From an uncultured Acidobacteriota bacterium (GTDB lineage: Bacteria; Acidobacteriota; UBA6911), in assembly GCA_963843575.1 (NCBI GenBank), contig CAWJKZ010000019.1, positions 384,001-448,000 of the forward strand: a stretch of 64,000 bases of DNA, read 5' to 3'. This document shows positions 1 to 10,909 of this stretch, one piece after another. Each line of letters opens with the position of its first letter. Positions within the stretch are counted from its first letter, which is position 1. The notes beneath the pieces were generated by a model. That model was not told the DNA's origin. It ran no database searches and saw only the letters and a list, made by a program, of their open reading frames with translations. Both the position numbers and the translations under genes were made by a program.

Positions 1-1448
1 CGGCGGAGCACTTTCCCGGCAACAGGCTGTTTCGCAATGACCTGGTCCCATCCGGGCAAACTCACCTTCACGGACGTCACCGACAAGGCCGGTGTGGCCG
101 GAAACGGGGGATACGCGATGGGCGTGGCGGTCGGCGACTACGACAACGACGGCCGCCCCGACTGTACGTCACTAACTACGGCCGGGACATGCTCTTGCAC
201 AACAACGGCGACGGCACTTTCGCCGACGTCAGCAAAGAAGCGCTCTCCCGCAGGACGAGTCGTTCGGCTCCAGCGCGGCATTCGTGGACTACGACCGGGA
301 CGGGTTTCTCGACCTGTTCGTCGTACGCTACAACTCGTTTCGGGTTCAGGCCGGCAAGCAGTGCACGGGTTACGCGGGCGGACGCGAGTACTGCGGCCCG
401 GGGGACTATCGCCCGATCCCCGGCAAGCTTTACCACAACGACGGTCACGGGCACTTTCGTCGACGTCACCAGCAGGGCGGGGATCAGCGCGGCGTACGGG
501 AACGGACTCGGAGTGCATCTGCGCGATTTCAACGACGACGGCTGGATCGACATATTCGTCGCCAACGACAAGACCCCCAATCAACTGTGGATCAACAGGC
601 AGAACGGAACCTTCGAGGATGAGGCGCTCGTGGCAGGCGTCGCCTACGACGAACTGGGCAAAGAGCACGCGGGGATGGGCGTCACCGCCGCCGATTTCGA
701 CGGGGACGGCGACGAGGACATCTTCATCGCCAACATCATGGGCGAGACCCACATGCTGTATCAGAACCAGGGGAAGGGAATGTTCCGCGACGCGACGACC
801 CTTTTCGGACTGGGCGGCACGACGGTGCCCTACACGGGATTCGGCACCCTCTGGTTCGACTATGACAACGACGGGAGGCTGGACATCTTCATCGCCAACG
901 GCGAGGTCAGGATGATCGAGGCGCTCCGCGGCAAGCCGTTCCCGTATGATCAGAAGAGCCAGCTGTTCCACAACGAGGGCAAGGGATTTCGCGACGTGTC
1001 TGCCGAGGCCGGGCCGGCCTTCCAGTATTCCGGCGTGGGCCGCGGCGCCGCATTCGGCGACATCGACAACGACGGAGACATCGACATCGCCGTCAGCAAC
1101 GCCAACGGACCCGCCCGCCTCCTCGTCAACCAGGCCGGCCAACGGAATCACTGGCTGGGAGTGCGGCTCCAGGGAGTGACCGTGAACCGGGATGCCTATG
1201 GCGCGCGCCTCGCCCTGCTGCGCAAGGGCCGCCCGCCGCTGTGGCGCCGCGTCGCCGCCGACGGAAGCTATCTCAGCTCGAACGACCCGAGGGTCCATTT
1301 CGGACTGGGGAGCGACGAAGACCTGCGGTCGGCGCCGCCGGAAAGCCTGCTGGTGATCTGGCCGAACGGCACGAAGGAAACGTGGGCCATCCAGAAAACC
1401 GATACCCTGCTCGACCTGCGCCAGGGCGGCGGTGCTGCAGAACGCTGA
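1..1448 (+). CDS. CRTAC1-family protein (FG-GAP/VCBS repeats + C-terminal ASPIC/UnbV domain), 5'-truncated, frameshifted
   Basis: Repeated D-x-D-N-D-G-x-x-D motifs (GDYDNDGRPD, DFNDDGWID, DFDGDGDED, DIDNDGDID) and C-terminal GSYLSSNDPRVHFGLG...VIWPNG; pieces in ORFs 37..915, 284..622 and 189..1448. Confidence 0.85.
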   Translation, partial: AEHFPGNRLFRNDLVPSGQTHLHGRHRQGRCGRKRGIRDGRGGRRLRQRRPPRLYVTNYGRDMLLHNNGDGTFADVSKEALSRRTSRSAPARHSWTTTGTGFSTCSSYATTRFGFRPASSARVTRADASTAARGTIARSPASFTTTTVTGTFVDVTSRAGISAAYGNGLGVHLRDFNDDGWIDIFVANDKTPNQLWINRQNGTFEDEALVAGVAYDELGKEHAGMGVTAADFDGDGDEDIFIANIMGETHMLYQNQGKGMFRDATTLFGLGGTTVPYTGFGTLWFDYDNDGRLDIFIANGEVRMIEALRGKPFPYDQKSQLFHNEGKGFRDVSAEAGPAFQYSGVGRGAAFGDIDNDGDIDIAVSNANGPARLLVNQAGQRNHWLGVRLQGVTVNRDAYGARLALLRKGRPPLWRRVAADGSYLSSNDPRVHFGLGSDEDLRSAPPESLLVIWPNGTKETWAIQKTDTLLDLRQGGGAAER

Positions 1449-1460
1449 TTCTAAGGGATT

Positions 1461-1492
1461 AAATCCGCGTGCACCAGCGTCGATCCGCGTCC
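1461..1492. repeat. Family C short-unit repeat (ATCCGCGT units)
   Basis: aaatccgcgtgcaccagcgtcgatccgcgtcc resembles copies at ~10826, ~26449, ~27935, ~46110 and ~47405. Confidence 0.6.
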
Positions 1493-1507
1493 TGGAGAGT
1501 ACTTGGG

Positions 1508-1537
1508 TTGACACCTGTCCGACAAAAGACATAGAGT
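1508..1537 (+). promoter_or_regulatory. Candidate sigma70 promoter with a TGTC-N-GACA palindrome in the spacer
   Basis: TTGACA (1508-1513), 18 nt spacer, TAGAGT (1532-1537); lies upstream of RBS GGAGG and ATG 1595. Confidence 0.55.
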
Positions 1538-1594
1538 CTGGTGCCGCTTGCAGGGCCTTCTACCTGCACCCAACCGACCGGAGGATGAAACCAG

Positions 1595-3651
1595 ATGAGG
1601 CAGGTTATCTGTTGGCTGATCTTTTTCGCACCCGCCGTCCATGCCGCCGCCCACAATGCTCTCCTGCCGCATCCGCAATCGGTGCGCTATGGGACCGGGA
1701 CGACGGCGATCAATGGTCTTACCATCCGCTTCGGATCGAACCCCAGCGCCGAGGACCGGTTTGCCGCCCAGCAACTCTCCTCCAGGCTGTCGGCGATCGC
1801 CCAGACGCTCGTACCGATCCAGGAGGTCGCCGCGCACCGGTCCTGCCATCGTGCTGACCCGCACGGGCGATGTCGCGGCGCTGCCCCTCGCGGACGAGCG
1901 TCCCGGGCCGGAATCGCGCGAATCGTATTCACTGAAGATCACGCCGGACGGCGCCGAAATCCGCGCGGTTTCCTCCGCCGGTTTGTTTTACGGAGTTCAG
2001 ACCCTGCTCCAGATGGTCGAGGGCGTGGGGAGCCAGGCGGTTCTCCCGGCCGCCGAGATCCGGGACTGGCCGACGCTGGCCTATCGGGGTTTCATGATGG
2101 ACTTGGGGCACGGCCAGTTGCTCCGCGTATCCGAGATCGAACGCCAGATCGATCACCTGGCGAGGTTCAAGGCGAATCAGTATTACTTCTATTCCGAAGC
2201 CACTATCGAGCTGGACGGGTATTCGCTGGTTAACCCGAAGGGCCGGTACAGTCGCGAGGAGATCAGACACGTCATCGACTACGCCCGCGAGCGCCACGTC
2301 GACGTCGTGCCCTGCCTGGAACTCTACGGCCACCTGCACGACCTGTTCCGGGTCGAGCAGTTTTCCGACCTTTCGCTGCCGCGCTACGGCGGGCGAGTTC
2401 GACCCGCGCAATCCGAAAGTCCTGCAGGTGCTGGATGGATGGGTGGAGCAGACGGCCAAGCTCTTCCCCAGCCCCTGGTACCACGTGGGCTTCGACGAGC
2501 CGTGGGCGCTGGGCAAGATCGGCGCGACCGAGGGGAGCGACCCGTTCAGGGTCTACATCGACGTGCTCCGTCACGTCGCGGGACAGGCGCAGAAGTTCAA
2601 CAAGCGCCTCATGTTCTGGGCGGATATGCTGAGCGGCGCCCGCATTTTCTCCAAACATCCCGAACTGATCGGGGAATTGCCCAAGGGCACGATCGCGGTG
2701 CCGTGGGTCTATGACGACCGGCCCGACTTCGTGCCTTACCTCGAGCCGCTGGCGAAGATGAACATTCCTACGGTATCCGCCCCGGGCGTCTGGAACTGGA
2801 ACGAAGTGTTCCCGGATTACCACAAGACGTTCAAGAACATCAACGGGCTGCTCGGGACCGGGAAGAAGTACAACACGCTCGGCATCCTGAACACGGGCTG
2901 GACCGACAGCGCGCAGACGATCTACCGGATGTCCCTTCCCGGCCTTGCGCTGAGCGGCGTGGCAGGCTGGCAGCCCGAGGCCGTCGACGCCGCCACCTAT
3001 TTCGACGAGTACTGCCGCCAGATGTACCCGGCGGCCGTCGCCGCGGAGGTCGCTCCGGCCCTGGAGGAACTGTCGAGCGCCGAACAGATCTTCACGAAGG
3101 CCCTCGGCGGGCCCACGATTCATCAACTCTGGATGGATCCGCTCGACCCGGCCCGGCTGGAGCGCCTGGAAGCGAACCGGGACGACTTGCGGAAAGCCCG
3201 CCTGCTGGCCGAGAGCGCCTACGTCCGGTTGCAGCGCGCGCTGAAGATGCAGGGCGACCCTGTCTCGCTGCAGAGCCTGCTCCTGGGCGCCCGCATGTTC
3301 GACTACCTCGGCATGAAGAGCCTCTATGCGACGGAATGGGCGGATTACTTCCGCAAACTGAAGGGCAACCCGGAGCCCGAACTGGTGAGCTTTTACCTGA
3401 ACACGCAGATCGCCTCGCAGGATCACGGCATGCTGGCGGACCTCATGGATCTGATCGCGGAACTGCGGGAAGAGTACCGCGAAGCCTGGCTGCAGGAGAG
3501 CACTTCGTATCGGCTGGGTACCGCGCTGGCGCGGTGGGATGCCGAGGCGGAGTACTGGAGGTCGATGCAGGTGCGGGTTCCCCGGGTGTCGCGCGGCTAC
3601 AAGAAAGGCGACCCGTTCCCGTCCATCGATGTGTTGAGACCTGTGCAGTGA
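1595..3651 (+). CDS. GH20-family beta-N-acetylhexosaminidase-like protein (paralog 1), two apparent frameshifts
   Basis: Signal peptide, GH20b-type N-domain (ESYSLKI...GLFYGVQTL), IRDWPTLAYRG, catalytic YHVGFDE; joins ORFs 1595, 1641 and 2428 (shifts near 1840 and 2390). Confidence 0.85.
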
Positions 3652-3679
3652 CAAAGCGCGGTCAGGATGGAGGTGCCCT

Positions 3680-4764
3680 GTGAAAGACGGTAAGTACGGC
3701 GTGCTCGTTCACGGCGCGGGGTGGGTTTCGGGGCAGCACGTTGCCGCCTTCACCCGCAACCCGCACACGGAAGTCGTCGCGATCTCAAGCCGCAAGCGGA
3801 CCAGCGCGCAGGCCCGGGCCGACGAGGCCGGGCTGACGGGAATCGGCATCTACGACGACTTCCAACGGGCCCTGCAGCACGAGGGTGTCGACATCGTCTC
3901 GATCTGCACGCCCCAGCACGTCCACTGCGAGAACGTCCTTGCCGCGGCCGCCGCCGGGAAAACACCTCGTGATCGAAAAGCCGGTCGGCAACTCGCTCGA
4001 CGAGTTGCGGCAGATGCGGGACGCGGTGCGCCGGGCACGGGTCAAAACCATCGTGAGCTTCGTGCTGCGCTGGAACCCGCTCTTCAGGACGATCAAGTCC
4101 ATGATCGCCGACGACGCCCTCGGCAAGGTCTACTTCGTCGAGACCGACTACGAGCACAACGTGGCCGGCTGGTGGAGCGGGTACGAGGACATCCGGAAGG
4201 CGTCGACCGGCGTCAACGCCTTCCTGGTCGGCGGCTGTCACGCCATCGACGCCCTGCGCTGGTTCGCCGGTCAAGGCGAGTTCGAGGCCGCCCGGCCGGT
4301 CGAGGTGTTTGCGTATTCGGGCGGCTGGCGCAAGGGCGTTCCCCGGGAATTCAACTATTTCAAGAACGAGTTCGGCGAGGGCCGGCCCCTGGAGTACGAC
4401 GGGCTGGAAGTCGCGCTGGTCAAGTTCGCCAACGGCGCACTCGGCAAGGTCTCGGTCAACTTCGACTGCGTCATGCCTTACACGTTCCCGATCGAGATCT
4501 TCGGCGACAAGGGGACCGTCCGCGACAACAGGGTGTGGTCACACAAATTTCCCGGCACAGAACGGTTGGGTGCAAATCCCGGCCGTGTTGCCGGATTCCG
4601 CGGAAGTGTCGCACCATCCCTTCCAGGGACAGATGGACCACTTCGTCGAGTGTCTTTTGGCGGACCGGGAATCGCACTGCAACCTGGAGGATGCGATCCT
4701 GACCCACGAGATCGTATTCGCGGCCCAGGAGTGCTACCGGACGCACGCCCCGGTAAGGCTGTAA
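3680..4764 (+). CDS. Gfo/Idh/MocA-family oxidoreductase, frameshifted
   Basis: Rossmann start VHGAGWVS, ICTPQHVH, IEKP, GGCHAID; shifts near 3960 and 4560. Confidence 0.85.
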
Positions 4765-5068
4765 TGGAGTGCGGCGCCTCGGCGCCGCTTGACGTGCGTC
4801 CTACGGCCGAGATACCCGGCGCCTTGGCGCCATTCCGGATTGCGGCATTCGGGCGGCGTCGAGCCGTCGAGCCGCCGCAAACAAAGCGGCGTCGAGCGCA
4901 GCTCGAGCGCGCCGCACTCCAAACGCCGCATGTGGAGTGCGGCGCCTGGGCGCCGCTTGACGTGCGTGCGACGGCCGAGAACACCCGGCGCCTCGGCGCC
5001 ATTCCGGATCGCGGCACTCGGGCGGCGCCGAGGCGCCGCAAACAAAGCGGTCGAGCCGCCGCACTCCA
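4765..5068. repeat. Family B REP-like inverted pairs (TGGAGTGCGGC...GCCGCACTCCA), two tandem units
   Basis: Units 4765-4921 and 4933-5068 are near-duplicates, each bounded by inverted hairpin repeats; between convergent genes. Confidence 0.85.
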
Positions 5069-5071
5069 GAA

Positions 5072-5965
5072 TCACACGAGGCGTTCTACAAAGGCGCGCG
5101 CCTTCTTCGCCTCGGCGAGCAACTGGGGGAGGTCTCCGGGAGCCAGGCACTCGATGATGAGCGGGCCGCCGGTGAAGCCGCCCCGCTTCAGGTGCGACAT
5201 CACCTCGGGAAACCTGACCATCCCGGTGCCGGGCGTCAGTTCGACGTCTTTCGGCATCCGGAAGTCCTTGACCGACATGCCGGCCACGAGCCCGTCGACG
5301 GTCGCCGAATCGTCCGCGGGGTCGAGTTTCCCGTCCGAGTAGTAGAAGATGTTCCCCGGGTCGTACCACAGCCTGAAGTTCTTCTGCCCGACCGATTCGA
5401 TCAGCTTGCGGCACTGGGGGCCTGTGGCGTTCGTCCCCCCGTGCGGTTTTACGCTAACCCCGATCCCCTTCTCGGCCGCATACGGACAGCACTCCTTGAC
5501 GGCCTGGTAATAGGGAGCCTCCAGTTTCGGATTGCTCACCCCGCCCATCATCAGGTTTGAGATGCCGGCGGCCGCGCAGTTGTCGATGAGGCGGCGGAGG
5601 CCCTGGATGCCCGCCTCGAGCGACTTCGCAACGGGAATGTCCCCCCCATACAGCGACGGCACCGTGAGCTTGCGTTTCTTACACTCTTCCCCGACCTTCC
5701 GGGCCTCCTCCACCGTCGTGTCGACGGAGATGACGAGGTTATTCGGCGACTTCGTCGTCATCAGGCCGACATACTTGAATCCAGCTTCGGCGATCGCGTC
5801 GAGCGCGACGGTGTACTCGTGGTTGGCCCAGGGCCGGGTGTAACAGCCGATCTGAAAGCCCCGAGCGGGCGCGGCCAAAGTGGATGCGACCTGCGGGCCG
5901 AAAGCGCCCGCCACAAGCGCCCCCTTCAAGATCTCGCGGCGCGACATTTCACGATTTGACTTCAC
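5072..5965 (-). CDS. Tat-exported sugar phosphate isomerase/epimerase-family (xylose isomerase-like TIM barrel) protein
   Basis: SRREILK Tat motif; VKPHGG, YDPGN, SVKD, PGTGMVRF, LIIE; GTG 5965 follows RBS GAGGAGGAG. Confidence 0.8.
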   Translation of the reverse strand: MKSNREMSRREILKGALVAGAFGPQVASTLAAPARGFQIGCYTRPWANHEYTVALDAIAEAGFKYVGLMTTKSPNNLVISVDTTVEEARKVGEECKKRKLTVPSLYGGDIPVAKSLEAGIQGLRRLIDNCAAAGISNLMMGGVSNPKLEAPYYQAVKECCPYAAEKGIGVSVKPHGGTNATGPQCRKLIESVGQKNFRLWYDPGNIFYYSDGKLDPADDSATVDGLVAGMSVKDFRMPKDVELTPGTGMVRFPEVMSHLKRGGFTGGPLIIECLAPGDLPQLLAEAKKARAFVERLV

Positions 5966-5996
5966 GGATGCTCCTCCTCTGCTTGGGTGGTTGCGC

Positions 5997-7238
5997 CTAC
6001 CCTTCGCGAATCTCACGTGTTTTCGGATCGTACACCTGACGGCGGCCCGTGTCGAAGGCGCGGACGGCCATCAGGCACGCCACCGCGTGCTGGTACCCGG
6101 CGTCTATGGACGCGTTCGGCGTCTTGCGCGACCGCAGGCACTGCAGCCAGTCCAGGAAGTGCTCGGGATGCTCCACCGGTTCCACGTCCTTCTTCAGCTC
6201 CTTCGTGCCCTCCTTGGCCCCCTCGGTCGAAAAGACCGGCTTGTCCCAGTTCAGGAGGTCGAGCGCACCCTGGTCCCCGAAGATCCGGAAGGTGCTGCCG
6301 CTCGCGTTCCCGAAATTGGACGAGTAGGTCACCATGAATCCCTCGGGGTAGATCCACGCGGCCTGCACGTGATCGGGACACGTGAAGTTGTACTTGTCCT
6401 TCCAGGTGTACACGCCGCCCAGGCAGACGGCGCTGACCGGGAACGACGCGCCGGTGATGTAGTGGACGAGGTCCAGGTAATGGCTGCCAAACCCGGTGAC
6501 CGGTCCGTCGGATGTCTCGCGGTAGCCGTACCACCCCGAATAGCGGACCGGATCGAAGGGCATGGCCGGCAGGTCCGTCAGGAATTCTTTCCAGTCCACG
6601 TCCTCTTTGCGCACTTCCTTGATGTAGTGGTACCAATAGGGTGCGTTCGAGTTGCGGCATTGTTCTATCCGCGAGACCTTGCCCAGCGCGCCCGATTGAA
6701 ACAGGGCCCGCGCGCCCGTCATGCTGCTCATGCTGCGCAGCTGCGTCCCCACCTGACAGACGACGTTGCCGGCCTTGACCGCGTCGACGGCGGCCTTGAG
6801 CGGCTTCATGGCCTTGCCGAGCGGCTTTTCGCAGTAGACGTCCTTTTTCGCCCGCGCGGCGGCCTCGAGGTGGGTCGTGTGCTGGTGGTCGCACGACGCG
6901 ATCATGACCGCGTCGACGTCGTTCAGCGCCAGCAGGTCCCGGTAGGACGCAAACTGGCGCACGTCGCGTCCATACCACTGCTTCGCCTTGGCGGCCGCCA
7001 GCTCGCGGCGGACTCGCCACGGATCGCACACCGCCGTGATCTCGATGTTCTGTTCTTTGGCGTACTGGTTCACCCCCGGCATGTGGGCTTCGGCGCCCCT
7101 GTCGCCGCAGCCGATGATGCCTATCGAAATCCGGTCGTTGGCGCCCTTGATGCGCGCATAGCTCGATGCGGCAACCGATAGCGTCGCCGCGCCGGCCGCT
7201 GCCGTCGTCAGGAACTCGCGTCGGGTCGTGTTCGGCAT
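5997..7238 (-). CDS. Tat-exported Gfo/Idh/MocA-family oxidoreductase
   Basis: MPNTTRREFL Tat signal, IGIIGCGDRG, IASCDHQH, YCEKP; RBS GGAGGAG before ATG 7238. Confidence 0.9.
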   Translation of the reverse strand: MPNTTRREFLTTAAAGAATLSVAASSYARIKGANDRISIGIIGCGDRGAEAHMPGVNQYAKEQNIEITAVCDPWRVRRELAAAKAKQWYGRDVRQFASYRDLLALNDVDAVMIASCDHQHTTHLEAAARAKKDVYCEKPLGKAMKPLKAAVDAVKAGNVVCQVGTQLRSMSSMTGARALFQSGALGKVSRIEQCRNSNAPYWYHYIKEVRKEDVDWKEFLTDLPAMPFDPVRYSGWYGYRETSDGPVTGFGSHYLDLVHYITGASFPVSAVCLGGVYTWKDKYNFTCPDHVQAAWIYPEGFMVTYSSNFGNASGSTFRIFGDQGALDLLNWDKPVFSTEGAKEGTKELKKDVEPVEHPEHFLDWLQCLRSRKTPNASIDAGYQHAVACLMAVRAFDTGRRQVYDPKTREIREG

Positions 7239-7497
7239 TAAGCTCCTCCAAGGTACGGTTTGAACGCGAGCATAAGCGCCGCGGCCCCCCCGAGTCAAAC
7301 CCGATTCCCGCAGCGAACCGTTGCCCGGAGGTGTCCCCGAGCGGGCACAGGGCTGCATTCGCGAGGGAGTATTAGTGATGTCTAATCACCGGGTTCTGCC
7401 TGAAAGAACTTGACCGGCCCGGGGTAAGGCGAAGATACTGGCGGGATATTTTAACCAGTCCGCCAAGGCGGAGGCTGAAAGCGAAGAGGGATTGAAA

Positions 7498-10400
7498 ATG
7501 CACACACCAGTCAGGAAAGTCTGCGGCGCGTTTCTCGGGCTCTTGTTTCTGTTGTCGCTCCTCACCGTGCCTGTGTTCTGCCAGGAGGGTCTCTCGACAC
7601 TCCGTGGAACTGCGACCGACACCAGCGGAGCGGTTGTGCCTGGCGTCACCGTGACGGCCCGGGAAGTTCTGACCAACGTCGTGGCTGCGAACCGTGACGA
7701 CGGATGCACAGGGAAATTACGAGATGCCGGCCCTGAAGTCAGGCACCTACCAGGTGACGGCCACCCTGACCGGCTTCAAGAAGGCTGTGGTGGACGGCGT
7801 CCTGCTGCAGAGCAACCAGGTGCGGCGCGTCGATGTCACGCTGGAGGTGGGCGAGGTCACAACGGAAGTGACGGTGGATGCGTCCGCCGCCGCGATCCAG
7901 ACGGAAGAGGGGAAAATCGCATCGGATTTCAAAGCCGCGGAACAGTACGCGACTCTGCCGATCCCCGGCAACGCCTTCTCCGGCACGTATGCGGTTCTGG
8001 CTATTCTTGCCGGACGTCCAGAGGGAACCTGGCGATTGGGGATCCCCGAGATTCGCAGGCCAGGGCGGCGCCCAGGTCCACATGGGCTCGGATGGTGTAA
8101 AAGAAGAGACGATGAACAGCCAGACCGTCAACATGGAGGCTGTGGCCGAAGTCAAGGCGGTCGTGGTGAACAACACCGCCGATTACTGCGCGGGTAGGCT
8201 ACTTCGACACCATCACCAAGAGCGGTACAAACGACTTTCATTTCGACGGTTCCTACTATCACCGGAACTCGGCGTTCGGTGCGCGCAACTTCTTCGAGGA
8301 CAAGAAAGCACCGGTTATCTATCACACGTTCAACCTTGCGGCCTCGGGCCCCATCATCAAGAACAAGACCTTCTTCTACGCCATGTGGAACGGCGAACGT
8401 GTTCCCGCGACACACCTTCCACCTTAACAATGTGCCCACCAACGCGATGCGGGCAGGGGATTTCTCGGCAATCGGAACCATTACCGATCCGACTGACAGG
8501 CTTGCCGTTCACGGGAAACCAGATTCCGGCCTCGAGGATCAGCGGTGTCGCCAAGGCGACTCAGGATCTGTTGCTCCCTGCTCCGAACCGCGGCGACCCG
8601 AACGCTTCCGGTGAACAACTTCGGCTGGTTGTGGCCCTACCCGGACGACCAGTTCTATGCGGACATCTTTTCGGTTCGCATCGACCATCGCCTGTCGGAG
8701 AAGAACTCGCTCTATGGCAGGATACAGACGTACTTGCCGAAGTACGTCTTGTCGAGCAATTACCCTGCGACAGGTTGGACTCGGATGCGGCACAGTTACT
8801 CCTGGGTCATCACCGACACCCACGACATTTTCGCCGACCCTGGTCAATTCTTTCACGTTCGGAGGCAACTGGGATTCGGACGAACTGACGACAGGGATGG
8901 TGAATGGATACCAGCCGATCTCCGGCTCGGACCTGGTGCAGAAGATGGGATTGCAGGGCGTCAACAAGAAGGGTATCAGTTCGCCCGGCGGCTCCCCAGT
9001 ATTCAGCATCAGCGGTTACGAGCGATATATACACCAACGGGGGAGGGTACGACCTATCGAACCGGAATTTCAACGTGGCCGATTCCGTGACCTGGGCCAA
9101 GGGCAGACACGTGATAAAGATCGGAGGAGAGCTCAGAACGTACGGCAACTATAACGAAATAGGTCGACAATGACGAATTTCGGCAGCTTCTCGTTCAACG
9201 GTTCGTTCACTGGAGACGCGTACGCCGACTTTCTGCTGGGGTTGCCCAAGTCCAGCACCCGGCTGGATCCCCTGGTAAATCGGACCCAGTCGTCCAAGGA
9301 GCTGGGTTTGTTCATCACCGACACATTCAAGGTAACGCCCAAGCTGACCCTCGACCTCGGCCTGCGCTGGGACCGCTTCAGCGCGACGACCTATGATGAC
9401 GGACTTGATGGTCAACTGGGATCCCGCGACCGGCAACGTGATCGTACCCCAGGGTGCCATGGACAAGATCAGTCCCCTGTATCCCAGCAACATCAACATC
9501 GTCGCCGGTGACGTGGTGCCGAAGCCGGACAACAAGAACTTCGTGCCGCGCATTGGTTTCGCCTACCGCCTGAGTGACAAGACGGTCCTGCGCGGAGGTT
9601 ACGGGATCTTCAACGAGTTCCTGGGTCAATTCAGCCGCGTCAACGGCGGAGGGCCCTTCGAGATCGCCGAGTACTATACCAACTCGATCACCAACGGTGT
9701 GCCGTTCTTCCAGATGCCGAATCCGTTCCCCTCCACGCCTGGTGTCGGCGGACATCCCGTCGCAGAGCGTTACCGCCTACCCGATGCAGACGAAGAACGG
9801 CCAGATCCACCAGTTCAACCTGAGCCTGGAACGGCAATTCAAGGATATCGGGCTCCGGCTCTCTTACATCGGCTCCCGGAACCGCAACATGAACTACGGC
9901 ATCGGGACCAACAGTCCCGCAACCGAGCCTGATCCCGTTCAGCGATGACCGGCGGCCGTATCCTCAGTTTGTCGGTACCAGCGTGTATCGCACCGACGGC
10001 GCTCAGAACTACGACTCCATGAGCTTCGAGGTCAACCGGCGCGTCGGATGGGTGATGTTCGACGGGCACTGGACATGGGCGCACGCGATGGACAACACGC
10101 TGAACACCCAGAATCCCTACGCCCCGCTGGTCTGGAACCGCGATTTCTTTGCCAAGCACCGGGTGGTGTTGAACACCATGTGGCAGTTGCCGTTCGGGCA
10201 TGGAAAGCGGTATGCCAAGGGCATCCCCCCTGCGGCGGACAAGATCATCGGCGGATGGAGCATCACGTGGGTAGCCTATCTGCAGACCGGTCAGTTCTTC
10301 TCGCCCTCCTTCTCCGATGCGGATCCGTCCAATACAAACAGTTTCGGCGGGTTACCCGACCGGATCTGCAATGGCAACCTGGATCCAGGCCAGCGCACCA

Positions 10401-10717
10401 TCGGCCGCTGGTTTGACACGAGCTGCTTCGTGAATCCACCGGCGGGCAGGTTCGGCAACAGCGGCGCCAATATCCTCGAAGGGCCGGGGATGCAGATCCA
10501 CAACGTGACCTTCACGAAGGGTTTCAAGATCAGCGAAAGGGTAACATTCGACTTCATGACGCTGGTCGGCAACGTCTTCAATCACCCCAACTTCCTGGCG
10601 CCGGAATCCGACATCTCCACGTCGGGCGCCGGCGTCATCGGATCCACGTATGGATTTTTTGCAGCGGAGAGAGCGAACGCCCGCATGATCGAATTCAGAG
10701 CACGCCTCCGCTTCTGA
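7498..10717 (+). CDS. TonB-dependent receptor (Acidobacteria/Oar-like, N-terminal carboxypeptidase regulatory-like domain), heavily frameshifted
   Basis: GTATDTSGAVVPGVTVT, plug region, LTLDLGLRWD, NFVPRIGFAY, NVFNHPNF, C-terminal ARMIEFRARLRF; spread over about 10 ORF fragments. Confidence 0.85.
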
Positions 10718-10754
10718 GCCTGTTGACGAATCGAGGTCTTGACCAAGCGATTAT

Positions 10755-10803
10755 CGCCCTGGACGGGGCGCGGGGACTTTGACCCCGCGCCCTTTCCAGG
10801 GCG
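10755..10803 (+). terminator. Long hairpin after the TBDR gene (terminator or mRNA stabiliser)
   Basis: GGGCGCGGGG (10766-10775) pairs with CCCCGCGCCC (10783-10792); the stem extends via CGCCCTGGA/TCCAGGGCG and is followed by TTTT. Confidence 0.6.
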
Positions 10804-10825
10804 TTTTCGTCGTTGAACGTCGAGT

Positions 10826-10856
10826 ATCCGCGTGTAACCGCGAAGATCCGCGTCCA
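10826..10856. repeat. Family C short-unit repeat
   Basis: atccgcgtgtaaccgcgaagatccgcgtcc. Confidence 0.6.
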
Positions 10857-10909
10857 GGAAGTATTTCTGAACACGAGTCCCAACCCGTCTCCAGCGGAGG
10901 AACAGCTGC

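Noticed and set aside
1-10717. Programmed frameshifting or mass pseudogenisation
   Set aside because: Breaks are scattered single-base indels without shared slippery sites and differ in position between paralogs; sequencing or assembly error is more parsimonious
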